Positions 35,847 to 48,455 of a DNA stretch of 64,000 nucleotides are shown one piece after another. The notes beneath the pieces were generated by a model that saw only the letters and a list, made by a program, of their open reading frames with translations, was not told where the DNA came from and did no database searches. A program made the position numbers and the translations under genes. The number at the start of each line of letters is the position of its first letter. The stretch's first letter is position 1. The DNA is from Squalus acanthias (Eukaryota): assembly GCA_030390025.1 (NCBI GenBank), contig CM059431.1, positions 147,188,001 to 147,252,000 of the forward strand. Reading direction: 5' to 3'.

Positions 35847-37059
35847 AAGATTTTAACTGTTTTTTTTCCCTTTATGATTCATTGCCGCACAGTGCCAGAT
35901 TGTCAATGTGTGCTTTGGCTGTGAGAAAATATTCCGCACACATTGCCAGCTGTGCTGTTTTCCAGTAAATTCCCACTCAGATACTTTTATGAGCACTCAA
36001 TTCAAACCAAATGATAAAAAAACATGTAGATGGATCATGTTCCTCCATCCAACCCGTTAGAAATATATTAAGTTATTGGGTTCAAATAAACTGATGGAAA
36101 TTGATTCTGTATCTACAAATATAGAACTGGAACAGGCTATCGCACCGTGTGAGGCTACATTGAATGTATGGTTATTGTACAGCTGGTATTAGGGAAACCA
36201 ATTTAAAACACGCTGGGCCATTTTAGTGATAATTTAGCTGCATCTAATAACTGTATTGTTTCAATGTAAAACGTTGTAAAACACTGCGGTCTGACAGCAG
36301 GCACATGCGAACATGATGCAATATTTGTGTAGGCGTCATGCTCTGGAACTCCCCGCCTAAACCCCTCCACCTTTACCCCTCCCTCACCTCCTTTCAGACC
36401 CTCCTTAAAACAGAAGGCTTTGTGCAGTTTGGGTCAAGCCTCTTAATAGTTCCATATTTTTATAATATAATGAGCTAAAGCTGACGCCGTTCAAAGGGGC
36501 ATAAAACATTAAATATAAGGATGAGCTCACAAATATCAGGCGCAGTGCGGGTCTGGTCAACGTCAACCTCCTCCTTTCACATTCAATAGAGGAAGAAGAG
36601 ACTCAACGGGAGTCAGACGGCAGAAAGATTCATAAATAGAACAAAGAAAGACACAAATACAACTAACATCTATTTCCAAAACTTATCAATGCACATTTAT
36701 TCCACTTTATGTAAAAACTGACTGCTATGACTTTGAAAATGAGCACCGTGTGGTTTGTGTTCACTAGTGACTTGTATTCCTATGCTTGTCCTTCAAGTTT
36801 GCAATTCACTTTGTATTGGTTATTGAAGAGACTCGCATTTCAAGATGAAGGCACAACGCACTACGTGCAAAAGAACTGACTTGTATAATGACACATGGAG
36901 TTTGTCCAACACTTGCGATACCAGATAATTTCAGCAGGTAGATTGATGACAGAATTTGTAGAATAGGACAACAAAAATACTTCATCGTCATTGAAAGTTA
37001 TCGATCATTTTTCTAAGTAAGGTTCCTGTGCACAATGATTAAGTGAAACATTTTTCACT

Positions 37060-37350
37060 ATTTTAACCCTATTAATTTCTTTCAGAATTCTAAAAACCTC
37101 AATGAAATCAGCGCTTAACCTTCTATATTCCAAGGGATACAAGGCTAGTTTATGTAATCTCGCCTCATAATCTAACCATTGGACACTGGAAACATTCTGG
37201 TGGATCTGTGCTGCACTGCTTCTGAGGCCAATGTGTATACTTTCTGAAGTGCGGTGCCCAGAACTTTACAGAGTCCTCCAGAGGTGGTCTAACCAGGACT
37301 TTGTACAGCTGAAGCAAAGCTTTCTCCCCTTTGTATAACTGCCTCTGTAA
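37060..37350 (-). mobile_element. CR1 fragment
   Basis: LLQLYKVLVRPPLEDSVKFWAPHFRK. Confidence 0.75.
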
Positions 37351-37749
37351 CAGATTATAATGCTCATGTGACTGGATTGTATATACCAAATCGGCAAAAT
37401 AAGGACTCGTCTGATTGAAATAAACTCTTTAAAAAATTAGGTTTGAAATCAATTCCACAAATATTTTTTTTTTTTTTAACGAAACTGTGTAAGAATTCCG
37501 GGTTCAAGTTTCAGTGTCATTGAATCAGGGGAACTTCGTCAGTCACCGCTCACTGTGCATCGACACGGCAGAGGCTCCAGCACCTCTGACAATATTGTTT
37601 TTCCAAACTCTCAGTTTTCAAAATGGAATTGGATAATTACTTGAATGGGAAACAAGTGTAGGTCTGTGGGAAAAGCGCAGGGGAGTGGGATTAATTGGGG
37701 GCAATTTCAAAGAGCCGGCTCAGGCACGATTTCCGAATTACCTCCTTCT

Positions 37750-39300
37750 AAGAATATAAGAAATAAGAGCAGGAGTAAGCCATTTGGCCCTTCGAGCCTG
37801 CTCCTCCATTCAATGAGATCATGGCAGATCTTCTGCCTCAACTCCATTCACCGGCCCTATCGCCATATCCCTTGATGCCCTTACTAGTCAGAAATATATC
37901 GACTTCTGTTTTGAATATACCCAATGACTGAGCATCCACAGCCCTTTGAGGTAGAGAATTCCAAAGATTCACCGCCCTCTGTGTGAAGAATTTTCTTCTC
38001 ATCTCAGTCCTGAATGGCTTCCCCTTTATCCTAAGGCTGTGGCCCCTGGTTCTAGACTCACCAGTCAAGAGAAACATTCTCCCAGCATCCACCTTAGCAA
38101 GCCCTATAATAATTTTATCTGCTTCAATGAGATCCCCTCTCATTCTTCTGAATTCAAAAGAATATAGGCCTAGTTTACTCAATCTTCTCATACAACAGTC
38201 CTGCCACCCCAGCAATCAATCTCGTGAACCTTCGTTGCACTCCCTCTATGGCAAGTATATCCTTCCTTCGGTAAGGAGATTAAAGTTGTACACAGTACTC
38301 CAGTTTGGTCTCGTCAAAGCCCTATATAATTGGAGTAAGACTTCTTTACTCCTGTACACAAATCCTCTTGTAATGAAGGCCAGCATACCATTTGCCTTCC
38401 CAATGGCTTGCAGTACCTGCACATTCACTTTCAGTGACTCGTGTACAACAACACCCAGGTCTCTTTGAGCATCTGCATTCCCCAATCTTTCACCATTTAG
38501 GAAATACTATGCTTTTCTGTTTTTCTACCAAAGTGGATAACTTCACATCCTCTTCACAACTGACACTGCCACATAGCTTTGTATTATCAGCAAATTTGGA
38601 AATGTTACAATTAGTCCCCTCATCTAAATCATTGATATAGATTGTGAATAGCTGGGGCCCAAGCACCGATCCTTGCGGTAACCCACTAGTCACAGCCTGC
38701 CATCCAGAAAAAGACCCGTTTATCCCTACACTTCGCTTTCTGTCTGTTAACCAATTCTCAATCCATGCTAGTATATTACCCCCAATTCCATGTGCCCTAA
38801 TTTTGTTCACCAACCCTTTTTATGGGATCTTATCGAAGGCCTTCTGAAAATCCAAATACACCATATCTACCGGTTACCCTTTGTCTACTCCACTAGTTAC
38901 ATCCTGAAAGAACTCCAATAGATTTGTCAAACAGGATTTCCCTTTCATAAATCCATGTTTACTCTGCCCAAATTTACTATTAGTTTCTAAGTGCCCAGTT
39001 GTTGTATCCTTTATGATAGAATCCAGCATTTTCCCAACTACTGATGTGAGGCTAACAGGTCTGTAGTTCCCCGTTTTCTCTCTCCCTCCTTTCTTAAATA
39101 GCGGGGTTACATTTGCTATTCTCCAATCTGCAGGAACCGTTCCAGAATCTATAGAATTTTGAGAGATGACAACCAATGCGTCCACTATCCCAATGGCCAC
39201 CTCTTTCAAAATCTAAGGATGTAGGTCATCCGGTCCTTGGGATTTATCGACTTTTAGTTCCCTTAATTCAGCTAGTACTGTTTTTTTTACTAATAATAAC
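37750..39300 (-). mobile_element. 5'-truncated CR1 (RT + tail)
   Basis: [44 protein letters not shown]. Tail aagaatataagaaataag at ~37750. Confidence 0.92.
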
Positions 39301-39457
39301 TATTCTGTGCTGTGTCATTCTATGATTCTACTGCTAGTTCAATGTTTGGCATTCTCTACAACGTTACTCAATAGAGCACCTAAATTTTATTTCTGTAAAA
39401 CTATTTCCTGAAGTGCAGCACGGATAATTATGTTCCTGAAACCATTCTTGCCGCCGT

Positions 39458-39530
39458 GTTTCTGTAGTGCAGTGGTTATCATGTTTGCTTAACACACGAA
39501 ATGTCTCTGATTCGGAAATGGGCAGAAGTA
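39458..39530 (+). pseudogene. tRNA-Val(AAC) pseudogene
   Basis: gtttctgtagtgcagtggttatcatgtttgcttAACacacgaaatgtctctgattcggaaatgggcagaagta: full length, many CpG transitions, B-box damaged. Confidence 0.85.
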
Positions 39531-39689
39531 TTTTGAGAACTTGTTCAATTAAATATATGAGGAAAACAGAATAATTCATATTTGTGTTTAGATATTAACA
39601 ATATACAATATCTCACAGCTGTGTTACATTTGCTGTTTCACTGTTCGGTTCTAACTCTACAGTTTTTCTGTATCTCTGTATGTAGTGTT

Positions 39690-40268
39690 GCTGCAACTAT
39701 AGAAAACCCTGGTTGGACCACACCTGGAGTACCGTGAAAAGTTCTGAGCCACCACAACTTAGGAAGGATATATTGGCCTTGGAGGCGGTGCAGTGTAGGT
39801 TTACCTGAATGATACCCGGACTTCAAGGGTTAAGATAAAAGGAGAGATTACACAAATTGGGGTTGTATTCACGAGAGTTTAGAAGGTTAAGGGGTGATCT
39901 GATCGAAGATTTTATGGTATTAAGGGGAACAGATAGGGTAGGTATTGAGAAATGATTGTTGTTGGCTGGGGATTCTAGGAGTAGGGGGCATAGTCAAAAG
40001 ACATTGCAAGAGTGAAATTAGGAAATACTTCTACACATAAAGGGTGGTAGAATGTTGGAAATCTCTTCCGCAAATGGCAATTGATGCTAGATCAATTGAT
40101 AATTTTATATCTGAGATTGATAGCTTTTTGTTAATCAAAGGTATTAACGGATATGGGCCAAAGGCGGATATATGGTGTTAGGTTGCAGATCAGCCATGAT
40201 CTAATTGAATGGCGAAACAGGCTCGAGGGGCTGAATGGCCTCCTTCTGTTTATATGTTCCTATGTTCT
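39690..40268 (+). mobile_element. CR1 3' fragment
   Basis: RT C-terminus and 3'UTR ending tatgttcctatgttc. Confidence 0.8.
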
Positions 40269-41029
40269 CTCACTCGCTCCCGTCACCAGCCCTGACGGTG
40301 CAGAAAGCGCCTCTCAAAGCTGTACATTCCGGCTGATATCAGTTGAATTGTGATTCAAGGATCCTGCAGCGCTGCCTCGGTCAACAGCAGCAGTTCTAAG
40401 CCGCATTTCAGACGCGGGAACAAACCCATCAATGATCCGCTCTTCTCCTGCTCCAGAGTGAGTGAGGCCGGGACAAGCAGCAACATTCCGTCCCCGCACT
40501 CTCCAATCACCCGCCGCCTGTGGAAAGCAGCGAATGCAGCCTCAATCAGCGTGTTACTGCCCATCCCTGGAATGCAAGCTGCCACGGCCCGGGCCAAATC
40601 GCCCCATACACCCAGCACAGGCTTCCGAAAAGGCGGGTCGATTATATCCGGCTCACTCAGCCTTCAAGCAGCATTCACAGATACCGGAGTGAGGGAAACT
40701 TTTTTGGGCCTCAATGGGGAAACCCCGGGAGGAAACAATTTGTGGGAACTTGCTCCTCATGAACGTTTCTTCTCGTGTGAAAGGGGCTACAATCCTTTTA
40801 AATTTAACAACGGCTGCAGCAGATTCCCGGCATCATAAGCACTGAACATTTATAACGAAAGTCTTAAAATACAGTGCGCAATACGAGAAAGGTAAATGTT
40901 CAGGACATGCAGAGCAGAAACGCCATTACATTTTCTCTTTTACTCGTCAAACATATGAGCATTTCGTTCCGTTGCAACAGAAAGTGATAGGTTCATTGAT
41001 GGAAATTAATGCAAGTATTCACTGTCTCA

Positions 41030-41632
41030 CAGAGTCAGTAAGGATAATGTGGACCCTTTCAAGATAGATGCAGGCGACATTGTATTTGAAAATAATGAAA
41101 TGGCAGCCATGTTAAACAATCACGTCGTATCGGTCTTCAAATTAGAGGGAGAGGAAAAACTACCAGAGACATGGGGAAAACGAAAACTCAATCATAGAGA
41201 GGGACTGACTAGATTTAATATGATGACTTCCAGCAGGCATTTGATGAGAATGTGAGCAAAAATCAAAGCGCATGCAATTTGAGGCAACGTATTGACATGG
41301 GCATGGAGGTAGAGGGGACAGAGTAGTGATAAATGGTATGTAGTCCAATTGGCAGGATGTGTCTAGTGGTATCCCCTGGGAGCTGGACTGCAGCCTCGGC
41401 TTTTCACTATATTGATAAATGACTTAGATGAAGGAATAGAGAACAGGATATCCAAGTTTGCTGGTGGCACTAAGTTGGGGGCACAGTATGCAGTGTAGAT
41501 GGGAGCAGTGAATTGTAAAGGGACATTGATGGATTATGTGAGAGGACAAAACTGTGATTAATGGGTTTCAATGTGGGGAAGTATCTGATCACCCACTTTG
41601 GACCTAAGAAAGAAAGGTCAGTGTATTTTCTA
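41030..41632 (+). mobile_element. Decayed CR1 ORF2 fragments
   Basis: agtggtatcccctggg..., aaatgacttagatg, tccaagtttgctggtggcac (RT remnants). Confidence 0.65.
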
Positions 41633-41960
41633 AAAACATTGTGTTAGAGAATGATTTTTTCTGTGAAATAGTCAATCCTGTTAAATTTAATAAATGTTGC
41701 ACCAGATTCCAGGAGTCATAAGCACAGAACATTGCAAACCAGGCTCCAAAATACAATGTGTAAAATGTGATTGGGATAAATGTTCATCACATGCAAAGAG
41801 CAGACTAAATTATTGAAGCTTCGACTGTCCCTCAGTCCCTTCTTTCATTCTGCAAACGGAACTTCTCTGTTAATTAATGACAATTACAACATTATTTTCA
41901 CATTGGATGCATGTAGTGAATTTGATAAGGCTTTGAATTAATAACTGTTGTAAGAGTCAA

Positions 41961-42033
41961 TCTCCTCAACGGTGATTGAACCCGAGCCTATAGCGACGGA
42001 AGGGCCGAATCCTGAACATTAGATCAACAGGGA
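41961..42033 (-). pseudogene. tRNA-Glu-derived pseudogene (inverted paralogue of 33327-33398)
   Basis: Plus strand gattgaacccgagcc...gccgaatcctgaacattagatcaacaggga aligns to the reverse complement of tRNA-Glu. Flanks match the 33130-33680 region. Confidence 0.75.
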
Positions 42034-42662
42034 ACGTGGCAACGAATTGTTGGGATAACTTTAATTCTAATTGTGTCTATCCGTTTGAGATGCAAATTGA
42101 TTTTTGACTTGTTTCACAAGTGAATGCAATTCATGAATCTGCTGCTTGCAGATGTTGTTACATGTATCTGCAATAATTATTCATTTATTGGTAGGCATTT
42201 GTCTTCATTCCACACATATTTTGTAAGTTGTCGGGACCTGGAACGCTCGACATGAATAGATGATGAAAGCTGATTGATCAATAATTTTAAAAGGTGTTAC
42301 ACAGGTACTTGAGGATGAGGAACTTACAGGGTTAGGGACAACAAGCGGGGGTGTTGGACTGAGCATGGCTGCTCTTTCTAATCCATCACAAGCACGACGT
42401 GCCGAATGTCCTCCTGTGCTGTGAGTTTCTATGATTCTATATACACACTCACAGTTTACATTTTCACACGGCCTTGTTTACAGTTCTAACTATTGTCTAC
42501 ACACCGAAAGTTTAATTGATTTTCAAGAGCTGCTCGACCTATTGTGTATTTTGAGCAGTTTCCTGGTTTATTTTCCTGTGATGTGGTGATTCTGCGGGAG
42601 AATGAAACGATGTTTGAGAAACATTGAAATGTAGAAACATCTCCTCCCTTTATCCAAACGGA

Positions 42663-42737
42663 GACCTCTTGGCGGAACGGAAGCGCGCCGGATTTCTTAG
42701 ATCTAGAAGGCTGCGTGTTCAAATCACGTCAGGATCT
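42663..42737 (+). pseudogene. tRNA-Trp pseudogene (inverted paralogue of 32168-32239)
   Basis: gacctcttggcggaacggaagcgcg...agaaggctgcgtgttcaaatcacgtc. The anticodon arm carries insertions and substitutions. Confidence 0.88.
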
Positions 42738-43177
42738 CAGCTTCTTTTTAGCGTTGATTGGAGTCTGGATAATTCCGGAAGAATAATTTATTTGCTTTTT
42801 CACAATAAACAGAACCTTGCTATGAAGTATTTCTCACTGGTTCCCCAGTGTCATGGAGAGAAGCACCAGATGCCCTCATTTATTTAATGTAACAAGCAGA
42901 CACAAACATTCGTGTTCAGTAAAGTGTTCCACACAGCTTGATATACCCTGGCACCCTCCCCACTCCAGGCGATCTCCGAATGCGCTTCATGGAGATGTGA
43001 TCAAAAATATGGAAGCCCAATCCAAACAAGGAGCTATTAAAACGTTTGTCCAAAATATTCTGCAAAGCTTACGGTTTTAAGGAGCCTCTTAAAGGAGGAG
43101 ACGGAAGGTTTTTGGAAGGAAATTCCAGGCAGTGAGGACCGGTTGGACAGACTATTTGTAGTGTGAAAAGACCGGAG

Positions 43178-43830
43178 TCATAGAATCATAGAATCTTAGG
43201 ATCATAGAATATTACAGCACAGAATGAGGCCATTCGGCCCGTCCTGTCTCTGCCGGCTCTTTGAAAGAACTGTCCAATTTAGTCCCAAACCCCAGATTTT
43301 CCCCATAACCCTGCTAATTAGTTCCCTTCAAATACATGTCCAATTGCCTTTAGAAAGTTTCTAGAAACATAGAACATAGAAACCTAGAAAATTAGGAGCA
43401 GGAGCAGGCAATTCGGCCCTTCGAGCCTGCTCCGCCATTCAATATGATCATGGCTGATCCTCCATCTCAATACCATATTCCCGCTCGCACCCCATACCCC
43501 TTGATGCATTTTGCGTCTAGAAATCTATCTATCGCCTTCTTAAATATATTCAGTGACTTGGCCTCCGCAGCCTTCTGTGGTAGAGCATTCCAGAGGTTCA
43601 CCTCACTCTGTGTGAATAAATTTCTCCTCATCTCAGTCCCAAATGTCCTACCCCGTATCCTGAGACTACGACCCCTCGTTCTAGATCCCCTCAGCCAGGG
43701 GAAACATCCTCCCTGCATCCAGTCTGTCTAGCCCTGTCAGAATTTTATACGTTTCAATGACATCCCCGCTCATCCTTCTAAAGTCTCTTGAATACAGACC
43801 TAGTCGACCCAAACTCTCCTCATATGACAG
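43178..43830 (-). mobile_element. Two stacked CR1 3' ends
   Basis: Tails (catagaat)n at 43180-43210 and (catagaaa)n at 43365-43390. RTRGRSLRIRGR..FTQSEVNLWNALP. Confidence 0.85.
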
Positions 43831-44945
43831 TGCTGAAGACTTGTGATCCAGAACTTGCTGCGCCTATATGGAAGGTGTTCCATTAGAGCTACAACCATGG
43901 CATCTACCCAACAAATTGGAAAATGGCCCGTTATATCCTGTCCACAAAGAAACAGGAAAAATCCAACCTGAGCAATTGCCGCCCCTTGAGTGTACTCTCA
44001 GTTATCAGCACGATGATTGAAGGTGTCATCGACAGTGCGATCAAGCAGCACTTACTCACCAATACCCTGCACACCGAAGCTCAGTTTGGATTCCGCCAAG
44101 ACCACGCGGCTCCAGACTTAGTCCAAACATGGAACACATAACTGAATTCCAGAGGGGAGGGGAGAGTGACTGCCCTTGACATCAAGGCAGCATTTGACCG
44201 TTTGAAGCATCAAGGATCCCGAGTAAAACTGATGTCAACGGGAATCAAGGGAAATCATACCGAGCACAACGTTGGCTGGTTTCGGTTATTGGAGGCCCAA
44301 CATCTCAGACTCAGGACATCGCTGCAGGAGTTCCTCAGGGCAGTGTCCTCGGCCCAACCATCCTCAGCTGCTTCATCAATAAACTTCCCACCATAATAAG
44401 GTCAGAAGTCGGGATGTTCACTGATGATTGCCATTCACAACTCCTCAGATAATGACGGAGTCCATGCCCGAATGCCACAAGACCTGGAAGATATTAAGGC
44501 TTGGTCTGAAAAGTGGCAAGTACAATTCGCGTCTTACATGTACCACGCAATGGATATCTCCCACAACAGAGAGTATAACCACCGCCCCTGGACATTCAAT
44601 GTTATTACCATAGCCGAATGCCCACCATTAATATCCATTGACCAGAAACTTAACTGGACCTGCCATATAAATACTGCAGCTGCAAGAGCAGGTCAGAGCC
44701 TGGGTATTCTGCGGCAAGTGACTTACATTCTGACTGCCCAAAGCCTTTCTACCATCGAATGGTACAAGTCAGGAGTGTGATGGGATATTCATCACTTGCC
44801 TCAATGAGTGCAGCTCCAACAACACTCAAGAAGCTCGACACCATCCAGGACAAAGCATTCCGCTTGATTGGTACCTTAACTAGCACCTTTAACATTCGCT
44901 CCCTCCACGATCAACGCACCGTGTTTGCAGTGTGTATCATCTACC
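43830..44945 (+). mobile_element. LINE family B RT fragment
   Basis: SNCRPLSVLS, AQFGFRQDH, TALDIKAAFD, ggagttcctcagggcagtgtcctcggc, IDQKLNWTCHIN. Confidence 0.88.
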
Positions 44946-45090
44946 GGGAAACAGAGTTAACGTTTCAGGTCGATCGTTTTGCATCATAGAGATGTAACAG
45001 GTTTTAAGCAAGTACAGAGCCACGGAGAGTTGGGGGGGGGGACTAAAAGGAAGCTCTGTAACTGGGTTAAAGGCAGGAGTGATCTGAATC
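44946..45090 (-). mobile_element. Penelope pLTR remnant
   Basis: gaaacagagttaacgtttcaggtcgat...gttttaagcaag parallels 28335-28490. Hammerhead core lost. Confidence 0.7.
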
Positions 45091-45094
45091 TGTC

Positions 45095-46005
45095 CAATTT
45101 CGCACGGTGGTTGTGCCACACAACATGGTGGAGTGTGTTCTCTGTGTGAAGACGGGATTTCTTCTCCACAAACATTGTGCGGTGGTCACTCCTGCCAATT
45201 CTGTCATGGAGAGTTGCTACTGGTTCTTTTTTAGGACCAGTTCAAGTAGGTTTTTCCCTCGTGTTGGAACTCTCACCACCTGCCGCATGCTCAGTCTGGC
45301 AGCTATATCCTTCAGGCTTTGGCCAGCTCAGTCAGTAATGGTGCTACCGAGCGTCTTTAAGTGATGGGAATTGAACTCCCCCACCCAGCGTATATTCTGT
45401 GCCCTGTGGTATTTAACAGGGAGGAGTAAGAATTCATCAGCTGAGGTAGGTAGTAAACTGACGGAGGTTTCTTTGGTGATGGAGGAGTCTGGGACATTGG
45501 CTGAAAGGTAAGATTCTGTGAGTATGACTGTGTCAGGCTGTTGTTTGACGAGTCTGTGGGACAGCTCTCCCAATTTTGGCACATGTCCCCAGATGTCAGT
45601 GAGTAGGATCTTACATGGTTGACTGGGCTGGGCGTGCCATTGTCGTGTCCTAATCTAATGCCTAGTAGCCTGTCCCATTTTATTCTATGTTTGCAGCGGT
45701 TTGATACAACTGATTGGATCGTTAGGCCATTTGTAAGAGCAACATATTTCTGCGGGTCTGGAGTCACATATAGGACAGAGCAGGTAAGTATGGCATGTTT
45801 CCTTCCATAAGGGGCATTAGTGAACCGGTTACGTTTACGACAATTTGATAGATTCATGGCCACCAATAAAAATATTAACTTTATATTCCAGATTTATTGA
45901 TTTAATTGAATTTACAAAATGCCACGGAGAAATTTGACCTCAGGTCTCCGGATAATTAGCCCAGGCCTCTGGATTTCTATGCCAGAAACATCACCACTAT
46001 GCTAA
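45095..46005 (-). mobile_element. LINE family B 5' part: tRNA-like head followed by the APE endonuclease coding region
   Basis: A-box TAGCATAGTGG (46004-45994) and degenerate B-box AGGTCAAATTT (45940-45930). About 400 nt downstream: LLTDIWG / PKLGELSHRLVKQQPDTVILTESYL, then WVGEFNSHH. Confidence 0.75.
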
Positions 46006-46164
46006 CGTAATCTGCTGCTGTTTCTGATAACGTTGATATTTCCAATCATCGACAGTGCTCATCAATTTATATATCGTAATCTATTGACTATCCCAATCCA
46101 TTGAGAGATCCTAGTCCATTTACTTTCCCCATCCATTGATATGACCCAATCCATTGAGTCTCCC

Positions 46165-47060
46165 AATCCACTCAATTTGCAATAGGCCTTTGATAAGCTA
46201 CCACATCGTAGACTGGAGACTAAGAATCGCGCATGTGGAGTCAGGGGACAAGTAGCAGAATTGAAAACAAACTGGCTACAAAAGAAACAGAGAGTGGGGG
46301 TTCCTCAGACTGGCCGCAGGCCGGAAGTCACGTTGAACAATGGTCGGTGCTGGGACCACTGTGTTCAACATTTGCACAATTTGTTTGGTCTCAATAATCT
46401 GAAGTGCTCTGTCAAATTTGCGGTTGGCACCAAATTGGCAGCTTTAGTTAATGCTGAAGAATACTGCGACCACAGATGGTAACAAACTTGCAGGATGGGA
46501 GTGTAAATGGCAATTTAATTTCAATACAAAAATGCGTGTGGTGTTTTATTTTGGGGGGAAGGAATAAGTTGGCCACATACTCCAACATTAAATTTGTATT
46601 AGACTTGTATTGAACTTCGGCTAGATCACACTTGATGTACTTTGCACAGTTTGGACTCAATATTACAAAAAAGGATATAGAGACAGTGGAGAAGGTGCAA
46701 ACAAGACTGGACTTATGGCAAGTGGTGAGAAAAACAACACGAGGGAAAAATCTACTTGACTGAGAGGTTTTAACTGTCAAGAACGACTGACCAGGCAGGG
46801 AACCTTTTCTCTCGAAAAGAGAAGGCTGAGGGGCGACAGAATGGAGAATCCAGAATTATCAGGGGGTAGAGGTAGAGAACATATTTATGATTGTGGGGTA
46901 TCCGAAATAGTTGTGAAACATATAAGATAGTCACTAATAAATCCAGTAGGAATTCAGGATTAACTCTTTTCCCAGAAAGTGTTTCGAATGTGGAACTCGC
47001 TACCACATGAGTATGTTGAGGGGAATATCATTAATGCATTTTAAGGGAAGCTAGAACAGT
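46165..47060 (+). mobile_element. Decayed CR1 fragment
   Basis: aaggcctttgataagctaccacat, VKFAVGTKL, tgtggaactcgctaccaca. Confidence 0.7.
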
Positions 47061-47994
47061 AACGAATACCAATCAGAACCCCAGCTCCGTGTGGCGGAAG
47101 ATCAATTCAGAAACTAACATTGCAAATGTTTGGCATCAGGGGTGTGGCATCTGGTGGGAGACATCTGGAGTATGACACCTGGAGTGGTATGTCCCGAGTC
47201 ACTGATGATGCGTGGCGGTGTTGCGGTGATCCAGCGTGAATCACTCGGTCTTATAAACCGCAGAGCGCGTGTTCATCCCCCATCCGTGCCTCTGTTAGTT
47301 TTCAATGTTTAAGGCGATGTTTAAGCTGCACCTCCTCAAAGACAATACATCCTTCCTGAGGAGCGGTGCCCTAAACCGAATGAAGCACTCCAGATGGGGT
47401 CTCACCAAGCCTTGTTACAACTGAAACATAACTTGCTCCTCTTAGTATTCCAGCCCGCTTCAGATAAAGGCCAACATGCCTTCAGCGTTTTTGAATGGAC
47501 CTCTAGCAACTTACTCATCTAATATTAAATCGAATGGGATCCTGCGGGCCACTCACAACGTTTATTTTAGCGAATTTGTAGTGAAGTAGAGTATGTTAGT
47601 GTGTGAGATTTCCATAGTGAAATTTTAGGAACAGGGCAAGTCTGCTTTGTATTATATACAGGCCTGAGATATAGGCTGTTCGATCCTGAATTGAAATATG
47701 TAAACCACTGAAACTGTTGACCTCAGCACCAGAAGTTTAATTACTATTTTTATGTTAACAAATCCTATGACAAACACACAAAGATCCCAGGAATATCCGG
47801 GACCTGAATGTGTGCGAGATACTGCTCTTATTCCACTCGATAAGGTGGACCATGTCGAGCTGTTTCACCTTGTCCAGAACAATAGAACCAGAGGACACGA
47901 CCTGAGATTGAAGGAGGTAAATTCAAAACTAATCTCTGGAAACATTATTTCAGTAGCGACTGTCTATCTATGGAACAGGCTTTCTTGCTAATCT

Positions 47995-48455
47995 TCATAT
48001 TAAAACTAGAGGACAGGGGAGTTCAGGGGAACACGGGCAGCAAAATTAGAAATAGAATAAAGGGGATATCACGGGAACACTGTAAATGTTTAATTAGAAA
48101 TAGAGGACAGGGGAATATGGCAACTGATATTAGAAATAGGGACCAGCGGAACACAATACACTTCATTTAGAAGTAGGGGACAGGGGAAGACAGCAACTTT
48201 TCAATTAGAAATAGAGGACAAGGGGATTCAGGGTAATAAACTAACTGTCTAATTAGAAATAGAATAAAAGGAGGCATGTGGTAACACAGTAAATAACTGT
48301 TTTGTTTAGAACTAGGGGACTGGGGAGATAGTAACTGTTTATGTAGAAATAGAGGAGAGGGGAATGTCAGGGAAACACAGTAACTGTTTAATTAGAAGTA
48401 CAAAAACACAAGGGAATACAACAACTGGTTAATTAGAAACGGGGGACGGGGAATT
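47995..48455. repeat. Degenerate purine-rich minisatellite (ttagaaatagaggacagggg core, variable ~36-55 bp period)
   Basis: About ten recurrences of tagaa(a)tag..gg, often preceded by (gt)aactgttt. Confidence 0.7.

Noticed and set aside
37485-37530. B-box-like gggttcaagt suggesting another tRNA remnant
   Set aside because: No A-box or alignable tRNA body.
42685-42706. Possible nonsense-suppressor anticodon in the second tRNA-Trp copy
   Set aside because: The anticodon stem and acceptor stem are disrupted by insertions and substitutions; it is a pseudogene.
43830-46005. Single family B element with a twin-priming 5' inversion
   Set aside because: The pieces are tail-to-tail and separated by a Penelope remnant, which does not fit twin priming; probably independent copies.
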